From NCBI RefSeq assembly GCF_009834535.1, contig NC_045696.1, positions 114,516,001 to 114,580,000 on the forward strand: 64,000 bases of DNA, given 5' to 3'. Made by a program: the position numbers and the translations under genes. This document shows positions 50,258-61,773 of the stretch, one piece after another. Source of the stretch: Camelus ferus. Taxonomy: Eukaryota. Numbering within the stretch: position 1 is the first letter of the stretch; each line of letters starts with the position of its first letter. The notes beneath the pieces were generated by a model. It did not search any database and was not told the origin of the DNA. It saw only the letters and a list, made by a program, of their open reading frames with translations.

Positions 50258-50339
50258 CTCTGGCAAACCTACGTAAAAGAAACAAAAACAAAAACCAAAC
50301 TTCACCTCGGCCCCTTGTCCTCCTCCAACGCTGTCCATT

Positions 50340-51759
50340 TCCCTGTTCTCATCCAAGATAAACTCCTCAAACGCGGTGTCCATGCTTGTCCTCGCTTCCC
50401 ACATTTTAATCTGACTTCAGTCCTACCGCATAGAAACAGTCCTTTTCAAGGTCGCCCCCAATCTCAGTTCCAAAATCAATAGACATGTCTTTTTCTAAAT
50501 CTAACTCAGTCTCTTAGAAGCATGTTCCAGTCAATGTCACCCTTTCTAGAGACATTTTACCTTCTTGACGTCCACAACACTACCTTGTTCTCTTTTCTTC
50601 CCTGACTCTTTAGTTTTCTCTGCTGGCTTTTCCTTCTCTATCTAATCTGTAAAGGTGAATATTCTATGGGCTCTGGAATTCCTCCTGTTCCTTTCCATCC
50701 ATCCCTCCTCCCCCAAGGTGATTTCATCCATTTCCAAGGTTTAAATGCCATCTCTACCTGATAACCCACAAATTTGGATCTCGTCTGGATTTCTCTGAGC
50801 TGCAAGTCTGCAAATTCAATACTTCCTCTTCTGCACCTTAAATATCACGTATTTAAAACAGAAGTACTAAATCACACTCCCGATCCACACAACTGTCTCT
50901 CTACTCCAACTTTCCTTGTATCGTTCCTCGGTGCCACTGTCACTCACTATATCCAAGCAAAAACTTCTAAGCATTGTCTTAGAATTCTCCTTTCTCTTCC
51001 CCTCCTCCATCCCATCTGACTCAGTGATAATGTCACTGACTCCGTCACTAAAGGAGATCTCACACCTGCCCATTTCTCCCTGTGTTCACGGCCATCCGCT
51101 TGGCCAGGGCTACCGTGGTTTCCCATCAGCACCAAAGTCTGCCACTTGGCCTCTCAACTTCCATTCTTGCTCTATGCAAATCCACTCCCTGCACAGCACT
51201 GACGGATCTTATAAATAAAATCACAATCATAATGCTTTGTTTAGAAACCCAGGTTTCTCTCCATGGGCGCAGGATCTGGCCTGATTGGCCTCGTATCCCC
51301 TCTGAAGTGTCGTGGGTACCCCCTGCCCTCTGGACTCCCTGCACTATGGCTGCATTCACCTGCCGGCAGGCTCTGAAACTCTCCTGGCTCTCTCCCACCT
51401 CCAGGCCTCCCAGGTGCTTTTCTCTCACCTGGAGGGCCTTCACCCCAGCTCTTCCCACGACTGCCCCCTTTCTCATGTTTCAGCTAAAACCACCCTCTCG
51501 CTGGGGCCTGGGCAACTGCGTCATCTGTGATAAATTCCCGCCCTGTTAGTCTCTGTTCCTGAATCCTTCCTTCACAGCACTTACTACAGTCTGTAACTGT
51601 TTGACGTGTCTGTTGGTTCACTGGCACGATGTCTGTCCCCACACCAGAATAAATGTCCCGTGAGGGCTGTATCTATCATTTTTCATTATATTCTCAAGAC
51701 CTAGATAAATCCTGGCAATTAATAAACTCCTTTTGAATGAGTCGATGAATGAATGAATA
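50340..51759 (+). mobile_element. L2 (LINE-2) 3' portion
   Basis: Pyrimidine-rich L2 body ('tttaaatgccatctctacctgataacccacaaatt') ending in the L2 tail 'tgaatgaatgaat'. Confidence 0.8.
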
Positions 51760-52344
51760 CAGAGGAGGGAAGAACAAATCTAACCCAGGTCTTGAAATGC
51801 ATTGTTTTCAGGACAAAATTCCAAAGCCTGTCCTTAAGCAGCCCCTCCTAGAGAAACCCAGTTCCTTTCCGGCCCTCCTTACTGCCTGGACTTGGGTCCT
51901 ACCTTCTCTGTGACGCTGTCCTTAGCCTCTCCAGTCCTTTACCTCTAGTCACACATCTGGCCCTTGTGCTGTGGTGTTGGTATTCATTTTGCAGGTACAT
52001 ATCCTGCCCCGCCAGCTCACCTTTGCTGTGCAGCTCCCCAGCACCCACTGGCACTTGGAGCTTCTAGTATGCACCGGAGCAGTCTTCAGAGCAGTGACAG
52101 ATCTTCAAAGACCTCACGGCACCGAGCAAGGGGCTTTGCCCAGGGGATGCATTCCACAAACAACTGATGGCTGATTGATTCCACCCTTGGTATGTCTGAC
52201 TTGTTATCCAGCGGTGTTAAAGTTTAGGGTAAGTGCTTTTAAAATAAAAATTGCCATTGCAAACATTTTTTCCTGAAATTCAAACAACGTGATCCTATAC
52301 TTTAAAAGGATTTTGAGACTCTCAGACAGATCTTCCTTTGTTTT

Positions 52345-52772
52345 TTGATTTCTTTTTTTTTTTAATTGAAGTATAATTAGTTGACAATGTTGTGTCAATT
52401 CTGGTGTACAGCACAATGCTTCAGTCAGACATGTAATTACATATATCTGTTTTCATATTCTTTTTCATTATAGGTTACTACAAGATATGGAATATAGTTC
52501 CCTGTGCTCTACAGAAGAAACTTGTTGTTTACCTATTTTATATATATTAGTATCTGCAAAGCTCGAACTCCCAATTTATCCCTTCCTACCCCCTTTCCCC
52601 TGCTGGTAACTAAGTTGATTTTCTATGTCTGTCAGTCTGTTTCTGTTTTGTAAATAAGTTCAGTTGTGTCTCTTTTTTTTTAAGATTCCACATATGAGTG
52701 ATACCATATGGTATTTTTTCTTTCTCTTTCTGGCTCACTTCACTTAGAATGGCAATCTCCAGGTCCACCCAT
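52345..52772 (-). mobile_element. Younger L1 3' end
   Basis: Poly(T), then 'aattgaagtataattagttgacaatgttgtgtcaattctggtgtacagc...ttagaatggcaatctccaggtcca'. Confidence 0.9.
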
Positions 52773-52809
52773 ATTTTATCGATTATGCATTTACTCTCCA
52801 GGTCCATAT

Positions 52810-52985
52810 CCTGAGTCTACCGCCTACTAGTTGTATGACCTTAAACAAGCTTCATAGCAACATTTCGCCTCAGTTTTACCATCTGTGAGATGTGTGCATG
52901 CAGGGGACATAACAGTGCCTAACGTATAACAGTGCTACTGTTTAACGCATGTGTGTTGCTTAGTACAGTTCCTGGCCTAGGGTAT
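52810..52985 (+). mobile_element. MIR fragment
   Basis: 'tactagttgtatgaccttaaacaag...gcctcagttttaccatctgtgagatg...gcttagtacagttcctggc'. Confidence 0.7.
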
Positions 52986-53261
52986 GCGCATTATTTTTAC
53001 TTTGAGCGTTTGCTATATGCCAGGCATCAGTGAGGAACAAGACACAGTACAGTCTTTGGCTCCTACTTGCTAACAGTGCGTTACAGCTGATGCTAACTGT
53101 GCAGCTGATTCTCCCCATGGACCGCCTCCAGGTTGTGAAGACATTTACTCCCGTCCACCACATGGTTTTTAGAGACAGCTGAGATGCCTGACACAGTCAC
53201 CACGGATGTTCACCAATAACTATGTTTCTGTTGTCTTCACGAAGCTGCGGTAGATACAACA

Positions 53262-54240
53262 GCAACCCTGGCTAGTTACCCTCCCTGCACCCACATCCTT
53301 TGCCACATAACTGCATGGTACCCTCCCACTCTGACTCTGGGCTTCATCATGTGACTGGGGTTTAGCCACTTCCATAAAAGACACAGTGTGCCGTGGCAAG
53401 ACAGAATTCTTAGGTATGGTAGGTAGAACAGCCCCCCAAAATGTCCACACCCTCGTCTCTGAAACCCATGGATATGTTATGATACAAAAGATGTTGCAGA
53501 TGTAATGAGGGTTACCTGCCTTAAAATGGGAGATTAGCTTGGATTATCTGGGTGGGACCAATGTGATCACAATGGAAAAGCAGAGAACTTTCTCGGGCTG
53601 GAGTCAGAAGATGGGCAGAAGAGAGAGAGAGAGAGATTGCAGAACGGAAAGTCAAGAGTTTCCAAGACTAAGAAGGAGGCCAGGGACCACTGCTGGCTCT
53701 GAGATGTAGGAACCTAACTGCAGGGACCGGAGGGAAGCTTCTGGGAGCTACAGCTGCCAGGAAATGGGACCTTCATTCTAGAGCCATAAAGAAGTAGATT
53801 CTGCCAATAACCTTAAGGAGCTCCAAAGTGGATTCTTCCAATAGCCCCACGATAAGAGCTTAGGTGGCCACAGTTTGATTTCAATGTTGTGAAACCCAGA
53901 CCAGAAACACCAGCTCGGATAACCCAGACTTATGATCTAGGGAACTGTGAGCGAAGAAATGTGGATTGTTTTAAGATGCTAAGTTGGGTCATTTGCTAAG
54001 GCAGGGATAGAAAATTAATACACAGGGCTGGAGTAGAGCAGAGCCGAGTGGCCCCAGTCCTCCCAGCAGAGGGTCACCTATAGGAGTTGACAGCTATCCA
54101 AACCTAAGACAAGTGAACAGGCCCAGCCAAGGTTGCAGGACCCCCCTGCCAAGCCCCCACCTGCAGGAGCACTGCTCCCTCCTGGCACGCCCTGAGGTTT
54201 TATGGCTGTTTGTTACACAACATTGTTGTGGTGATGGGCC
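53262..54240 (+). mobile_element. Older MLT1 LTR interrupted by a second MLT1 LTR (53415-54022)
   Basis: Outer pieces 'cctcccactctgactctgggctt..catgtgact' and 'gaggttttatggctgtttgttacacaacatt'; inner element runs 'tatggtaggtagaa...gggagattagcttggattatctgggtggg...atagaaaattaataca'. Confidence 0.7.
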
Positions 54241-54522
54241 TCTCACATGGAGGCCAAGGGAACGCGGCGGGGGGTGGGGGGGGTGGGGGGTGGATATTCT
54301 GCTTTTTTCATGAAATGGTCTCCAACAATGGTGAGTGAAAAAAATCTCCTGTTCATTAGTTGTGAAGTCCAATCACAGAGCAAGATTCCAAGGTGGATAT
54401 TCTGTCAGAAACCTTCTGCTAAGGAAAGGAGATGGAGGAATTGGATTGTTCACCTGTATCATCGATTCTGTATTTGTAAGAATTCTTTGCATTCAAGGGG
54501 AAATGGAAGTTACTAAAACTTC

Positions 54523-55094
54523 TGTTGCCGAAAGGTAGGATCCCATCCTTGATGAACTGAATAACCCAGAGACAAGGTCTTGGAGCTTAGAAGAAAAGCA
54601 TAACTTCTATTGCTTTGCCGGGCAAAGAGGACTCAGATCAGGCTGGTGCCTTCAAAACTGTGAACCCCCCTTGGGGATGGGGTGGGGTGCTTATACAGCC
54701 ACAGTTCAAACCATAAAGTATTGATAACAATCGACAGAATCATTTTCTCATCAGAAGCCTTAGAGTGGCGTCATGATGCCTCCAGGCGACCAATTCTATA
54801 GAGGCCAGTGGTTAGATCTCTTATCTCCTAAGCACTCAGGGTGTTGTCTTCTTGGTAATTCAGGCTACTTTGTAAGGTTACAGTCCTGTGACCTTCTCCC
54901 TGGAGACCAGCATGATTATAGCTTTGATTACCGGAATAAAGTAGGAACAGTAAGATCAATAGCTTTAGTTTTAACAACAGGCCTGGAGCTGTGGGCAGCA
55001 ACCAGCCAGTCAGGTCAGTTAGCTGTTTTAAGGGCGAGCATAAGAACAAGCACTCTGTTAGCCTGAGTGTGCCCATTTTATTAATCCTCGTTCA
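54523..55094 (-). mobile_element. Solo LTR, ERV1-like family C
   Basis: tgttgccg...cgttca termini with perfect 4-bp TSD cttc (54519-54522 / 55095-55098); orientation inferred. Confidence 0.82.
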
Positions 55095-56320
55095 CTTCTA
55101 ATACAAGTTCTTTTTTTTTTTTTTTAAATGTCTGACTGAGACAGCCCAAATGATCTTCACATTTTGGAAGGTTTGAATTCATAAAACGGAAACAAAAATT
55201 GCTACCCTAACCACTTCTTTGCCAAATGAATACATAAACAAAGAAAGAAATTCAAATGAAGCAGTTTAATAGTTAGACTCAAATGAGTGGAAAACTCCAC
55301 AGGGTTAAATAAAGCATAAAATGGGTATTTCCACTAAGGCTATCTTAACTGAAGCAGCTATTTTTTTTTTAAACAAAATAAATGTAATTCTGGCTTCATT
55401 TAGTTTTGTTTTATCAAGTCAGCAGAGTTAATTCTATGTCAATAAAAAAAGAAACTCAAGCTGTGTGCATCATTTTCCACTCGATGTGAATTTCTGGAGG
55501 AAATAGTGAAAACATATTTAAATTGCACCACAGGAACTGGGGGTACATTTAATTTTACATTAAAAAAAGTGTTGTTTGTGTTTTTTGAGAATAAAACGAA
55601 TCGAAAGGAATAAAAACCTCTATAATTCAGTGTTTGGGACACAGTAGGTTACTGATTGAAGAAATACCCTCCCAGGCCAAAAACAAACACTGCCTAACAT
55701 ACTGTTCTTCAAATCAATACCAGGCTCAGCAGGGCTGGGGTTCCAGCTGCCCGTTCTCTCTCTAGTGGTTTAAGGTAAGTATCCACACTGTTTTATGAAT
55801 GAAGGAGATTTGGTTCCCGGTGGGACAATAACATAGACGTTTTTGTGCACCGTTCAAAGTGTTTGCTTTGACCCCCTGAGTGATCTGATCTGGTCTTAGA
55901 GCCTCAGGGATTTACTGTGAGCTTGTCCCTGTAGGTAAACAATAGCTGCTTTTTAAAAAAAAATAGAAAAGAGAACTAAATAAACCAGTGACATGATCGG
56001 TAGACAGCACAACTTCACCTCCGCAGACGTCTCTAAAAAGAAGAAAAAGCAATTAAAGTTTATACGCCATGTGCTGCAAGAAGATGAAATGAAAGCCAGC
56101 CAGTCTTTTGCTTTACAGATTGTTTTAATTGATTAAAGTTGATCCTGGACTGTGTGTGTGAGAAGTTGGGGTAGCAGGAGATTTCAAGTCTGTTTAATCT
56201 ATCCGTGGGAGCCCAATGGTCCTCTTTACCTTGAGAAGACTTGACCCACGTGTTTCCAGGGAAGGGTAACTTCATTGTTCTCTTCAAGATGAAAAATACA
56301 ATTGGTATTCAAGCATCGAC

Positions 56321-56752
56321 TCTATGTGCGTGAGTCTGTTTTTGATTAGTAAATAGAATTTGTATCTTTTTTTTAAGATTCCACCTATAAGTGATATCAT
56401 ATATTTGTCTTTCTCTGACTTCCTTCACTTAATATGATAATCTCTAGGTCTGTCCATGTTGCTGTAAATAGCATTATTTCATTCTTTTTTGGGGAAAAGG
56501 GAAAGGGTGGGGAAGGATAACTTAGTGGTTGGGGATTAACAGACACAGGGGACTATATATAAAATAGATGAACAGCAAGGACCTACAGTTTAGCATAGGA
56601 AAATATATTCAACGTCTTGTAATAACATAAAACAGAAGAAAATTTGAAAAGAAAAAAATATATGTATGTATACGTATAACTGAATCACTTTGCTGTACAC
56701 CTGAAACTAACATTGTAAATCTACTACACTTCAATAAAAAATTTACAAAAAA
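56321..56752 (+). mobile_element. L1 3' end with 5' inversion (56321-56490 inverted)
   Basis: Antisense L1 text ('gtgagtctgtt...agattccac...catgttgctgtaaatagcattatttcattctttttt') joined to the sense continuation 'ggggaaaagggaaagggtgggg...caataaaaaa'. Confidence 0.88.
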
Positions 56753-57884
56753 TATTAACTCTGTTAGCAGGATGGGACTGAAACCTCAGCAGAAAAATAT
56801 ATGCATGTTTGTGTGTGTTCCTTAGTACAGAGACAAGCAGGAGAATTCATAAGCATGGCTGATACTTCGAGCCTTCAGAGCATATACTCCCTTACTATGG
56901 GAAAGAAAAAAAATCAATGTTACTTCCCGATGGTGTCTTCTTCATGTGGGGTCTTCTCTTACAGCTCCAGAGATCTTGTTATTAGATAGAATCTCTGAAT
57001 TTTTAACAATAAATTCCTCCAAAAGTACGATTTACTTACTTCAATTGAGGATTAGACGATACGTTTTTGACATTATTATTTACGTTTTGAGTTTCTTATC
57101 CATTCATTCATTGCATTTTTCGGCATTTATTAAGGCATGGCTCTAACATATTTGACCTCTTGATGCAGACCATTTTCAACACCACTCACCGCTTCTGTAG
57201 TTCAATATAATTTTCAGTAACGATGATGAAGTGAAACAGATATACATACCTCTGTCACAAAGTGTGCACTTACCAAACCAAAATATCATACCATACAGTG
57301 TACACTCTATTGCACTGTTTTAAACCTTAAATAGTAAATAAAAACTCGAAGTGGTCAGATGGAATGATAGAATTGACTTAACCCAAGTTCCATGCCTTTG
57401 CCTTTACCTTCATTGTGTTATTCTTGTTAATTTCAAATCTAATGTTTAAATGCAGAAATCTCAGTAGCACCGGGGTGGCAGACACGAACTATGCCTGAAG
57501 TGGGTTTGGATGGTTCCTCACTGTATGAACTTACTCTTACAATGAGCACATGTCACTGAGGCCACATGTGTTGAAGGCTGACTATGTGGCCAAGAGTTCT
57601 CCAAATTAACTTCCACAGAGAATGTAAGCTTATTAAAACATCATAATAAAAATGTGCTCATTGGGAGGATAGACACGTGTATATTTATCCATTATATAGA
57701 AGTGTAATTACATAATTATATAGATCTGTACACATTGATCGTCTGTCCACTTAAATCTCAAGAGTAATCATAGCAATTTTTCAGAATTTGAAAGAAAGAT
57801 TACAGGGGAATGGAGAATTTTCCTGACATTGTTTAAAATTGCTGGAGTGTGATGATTAAAAAAAAAGACAATTTTCCTTTATGT

Positions 57885-58368
57885 ATTGTGACCAAATAAA
57901 CAAAAAATTTATCATCTATCTTACCCATTTTAAGCTTACAGTTCATTGGTATTAAGTACATTCACATTGTTGTTCAATCATCACTGTTATCCATGTCCAG
58001 AAATTTTTCATCACCCCAAACTGAAGCTCTGCACCCACTAAGCAATAACTCCCCATTCCCCTCTTCCCACAGTCCCTAGCAACCAGGATCCTACCTTCTG
58101 TCTCTGTATTTGATTATTCCAGGCACCTCAAATAATTGGAATCATGTAGTATTTGTTTTTGTGTGTGTGTTTGATACATTTCACTTAGCAAAATGTCTTC
58201 AGCTTTTACCCATGTTGTATATGCATATATCAGAATTGCATTCCTTTTTAAGGCTGAATAATATTCCGTTGTAGGCAGATACCACATTTTGTTTATCCAT
58301 TTACCCATTGATGGACATTTGAATTGTTTCCATTTTTTGCGACTGCGAAAATCCTGCTATGAACATTG
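57885..58368 (-). mobile_element. L1MB-type 3' end
   Basis: 'ggtattaagtacattcacattgttg...ttttcatcacccc...ccttttaaggctgaataatattcc...cattgatggacattt'. Confidence 0.85.
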
Positions 58369-59648
58369 TAAAAATATGTTTGCATCCACAAAGCAGGCTA
58401 ATTTTTAGTTGGCTTTATTCCCTTTAAATCTCCACAAATGCACCCCCCCTTATCATCTTCACCTGTCTAGCATCCCACAGTTGTTACCCGACTATATTAA
58501 GGTTGTGGTAGTTATGATACTCAAATATTTTTGCACCAAATCTATGGCTACATGATTGTGTATTTCAGCTAACTCTCCATTTCCTAATTTCTAGAATAAG
58601 ATTGTTTGATGAAATCTTAGGCATTAGCCACTCCAGCTTCTGATTTTGTGAGTGCAGTCAACAGTAACATCGGTGGAACACAACTTTACTCATAAACTGC
58701 TTTCCCCTTTAAGCATCTCTCGTAAACTTCACAATAATGCTGTGAGGGAGGTTTTACAGTCATTTCCATCCCGTGAGGACTGCGATCCTTTCCTGATTTG
58801 TTTCTTAATGTCTCCCGAGACTCTAGAACACTGCCTGGCTCATAGAAGGCTCACAATAAATATTTGTCAAATAAATGAATTTTTCACGTGATACAAATGG
58901 AGTTCAGAAAAGTCAAATTACTGACCTTGAATCATTTTCTTAGTTAACAGTACCTATTCTGAAACCTGGTCTTCCAATTCCAATTTCTATGCAATTTTTA
59001 CCCTCCATTTTGACACATTGTACTTCCAGCTGTAGGAACAAATATTTGTAAGTGATATGCTTTGCTGAAGACTTTCACATTCATTGTCTCTTTAATCTTT
59101 ACAGCCCCCCTGAGGCATCGTGGAATCCAGGTTTATAAACTCTGGAACTATCTATCTAAAGACCTGCATCCAGTCCTTTAAAAATACGTCCTAGAGCTGC
59201 TGCAGGAAAAGTGCTCATTCGTTCTCACTCTCCACTCTCCTTCTTAACACCAGGGTGGCATTCTCATGTGGACATCGTGTCTCGTGCTACCGTCTTGAAG
59301 TTTATAGTTGCAAAGCTGCTTCAGAGCGCTGGATGGGGAGTTGAGACCTATGTTTTGTCAATGATTAGACAGTGGACTTGAGCAGGGCCCTTCCGTGTAG
59401 AGGCGTACATGTCCTCATCCTTCTAGAGCAGTGTTGGTGTGGAGGGTAATAAAGATCTACTTCTGTTCCGATGGTCTATAATAATATTAAAACTGCTAAG
59501 GGAACACACTTATTTTTAAAGTGAGTTTCCTGTCGTGGATCTCTGCTGGTTTTTGACTGTGTGACATCTATGCACCTTGTCACTTGTCTGAGCTGGAAGA
59601 GGAGAGGAGACCTAAGGGAGTCCCTTAGGTTGAGTTTTGAAAAATCTG

Positions 59649-60015
59649 TGCTGTGGGCTGAATGTGTCCCTCATGAACCCGTATATTGAAATTCTAACCC
59701 CCAAGGTGAGAGCATTAGGGGATGAGATCTTTGGGAGATGCTTAGGCCATAAGAATGAAGCCCTTGTGAATGGAATTGGTACCCTTATAAAAGGACCCCA
59801 GAGAGCCCTCTTACCATGTGGGGACACAGTGGGAAGATGGCCATCTGTGAGCTAGGAAGTGGGTTCTCACCAGACACAGAATCTGCCCTTGCCTTGATCT
59901 TGGACTTCCAGCTTCCAGAACTGTGAGAAGTAAATGCTTAAACCACCCATTCTATGGTATAGAATATATGGTATAGAATATATTTTTGTTATAGCTACTG
60001 GAACAGACTAAAACA
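59649..60015 (+). mobile_element. MLT1A-like (MaLR) LTR
   Basis: 'tgctgtgggctgaatgtgtccc...ccttataaaaggacccc...ccttgatcttggacttccagcttccagaactgtgaga...acagactaaaaca'; contains a tandem duplication of tatggtatagaata. Confidence 0.87.
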
Positions 60016-61456
60016 GTCCTCTTGTTTTCAATTAATCACCCATCTCTCCTCTTTCCTCTTGGTGGTTAAATTAAAGGGATTCTCTGGGGCTACGACTGGC
60101 CTCCACCTCCCACAACCTTAAGGTGCTTGCATTCAATAATCCGTTAAGTCAGATGTCACTCCTCCCTCTGCTGCCCAGATTCGCCACCCTGCTGGACATC
60201 CCTCCTCTGCTCCTTTTCTCCTCCTGTTTTCATTGTCCTCACCATATATATATATTTTTGAAATGTCCGTACTATCATTTTAATGGGGTTTCAGGAAGAA
60301 GTAATGGAGATAAACACATGTATTCAATTTGCCAAGTTCTAACCAGAGAAGACACCTCTGTGGTATTTGATTAACGGGATGAAATGGAAAGTGTTGGGGA
60401 AAGTTATTCCGGCAGCCATGTGTGAATAATGGAGCAGAACAGGGCAGGAACCAGAGACGGGGACTCGAAGAAGGCTGCTTCCACAAGTAGAATGTAAAGG
60501 GATGGAACAGGGCTTTCCTGATGAGGACAGCTTGAATCAGAAAGTTGTATTTGGAGGAAGAGTAAGTAGGGTTTAATAACTTCTGAGGTGCTGAATAACC
60601 ACGGTCAAAGGGGAAGGAAACGGAAGTAGACTCCACCATTTGGAGCTGGTTGAGTGCTGTAGACTGGAGTCAGGGAGACCGTGCTAGTATTAAAATGAAG
60701 ATGGGCTTCTAGGGGTTGTTGAAAAGCATAACTCGGAAATGAAACAGCACTGGGGAAGGAGTTGAAGGCACAGGAATTCAGAGAAGGCTTTTACTTTGAT
60801 TTTCGGGTGGTTGAGACTTGGCCTGAGCATAAAAGCTGTGAAGAGAGAGAAGATTTTTGTGTGAGAGGAAGGTGGGGGGTGGGGGTGGGGGTGGCTCCTG
60901 GTTAGGAAACCCAGAGCTCTTCCCCAAGCAGGTACTTTGGTGGTGCCTTGAAGGTTGGTTTGCCTGCAGGGTACATTCCGAGTTTGACGGTTGCATGCTA
61001 ATGATGGCTTGGATACAAATGCTGTTGCAGACCCAGGGAATCATCTCACTTCTTCCCAGCTGGCCACCTTCCGGCTTGCCAATGACTTGGAACTACTGTT
61101 AAAATGATCAGAGCTACAACTAAGAGTTATTCACTCTCTATCCTAGATTTCTTGTACGTTTCTGTTCCTCTATATAGATTTTTGAGGGGACACACACTGG
61201 TTTTCCTTAATTCCTAATGAATCCAATTTCAGAATCTGGGCAGTGTGTAACATCTGCCGACTCACCCCTGGACACATTGGTTCTAAGGTTATAAGCTCCA
61301 ACTGTGTGCCAAATCCCCCTCTCTCACCCTCGGAGTAGTTGACTGACTGCTCTCACAGTCCCCACCAAGCTTTCATGATTTAGGATCTGCATATATTTGA
61401 CGCTTAACTTCGTGTCTAGATGCTTCATTCAGATCTCATTCTTGCTTTACCATTTT

Positions 61457-61773
61457 AAAAACAGAAACAGACTCACAGACATAGTAAACAAACCTACGGT
61501 TACAGGGGAAAAAGTGGGGAAAAGGGGGTGGGAAGGGACAAATTGGAAGTTCAAGAATTGCTAATATTAACTACTATATATAAAACAGATTTAAAAAAAA
61601 CAAATTTCTTCTGTATGGCACAGGGAACTCTATTCAATGTCTTGTAGTAACCTATAATGAAAAAGAATATGAAAAGGAACATATGTATGTGTATGTATGA
61701 CTGATGCATTATGCTGTGCACTAGGAATTGACACATTGTAACTAACTATACTTCAATAAATTAAAAAAAAAAA
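61457..61773 (+). mobile_element. Younger L1 3' end
   Basis: 'aaaacagaaacagactcacagacatagtaaacaaac...ctatacttcaataaattaaaaaaaaaaa'. Confidence 0.9.

Noticed and set aside
51082..51549. Longest ORF in the track (155 aa)
   Set aside because: Lies inside a decayed L2, starts at GTG rather than ATG, and shows no recognisable protein similarity.
52756..52806. 12-bp direct repeat tctccaggtcca at the L1 5' junction
   Set aside because: Too short to distinguish a junction rearrangement from chance.
60871..60894. (G5-6T)n tract as a G-quadruplex element
   Set aside because: Only three runs of three or more G; a common low-complexity motif with no functional context.
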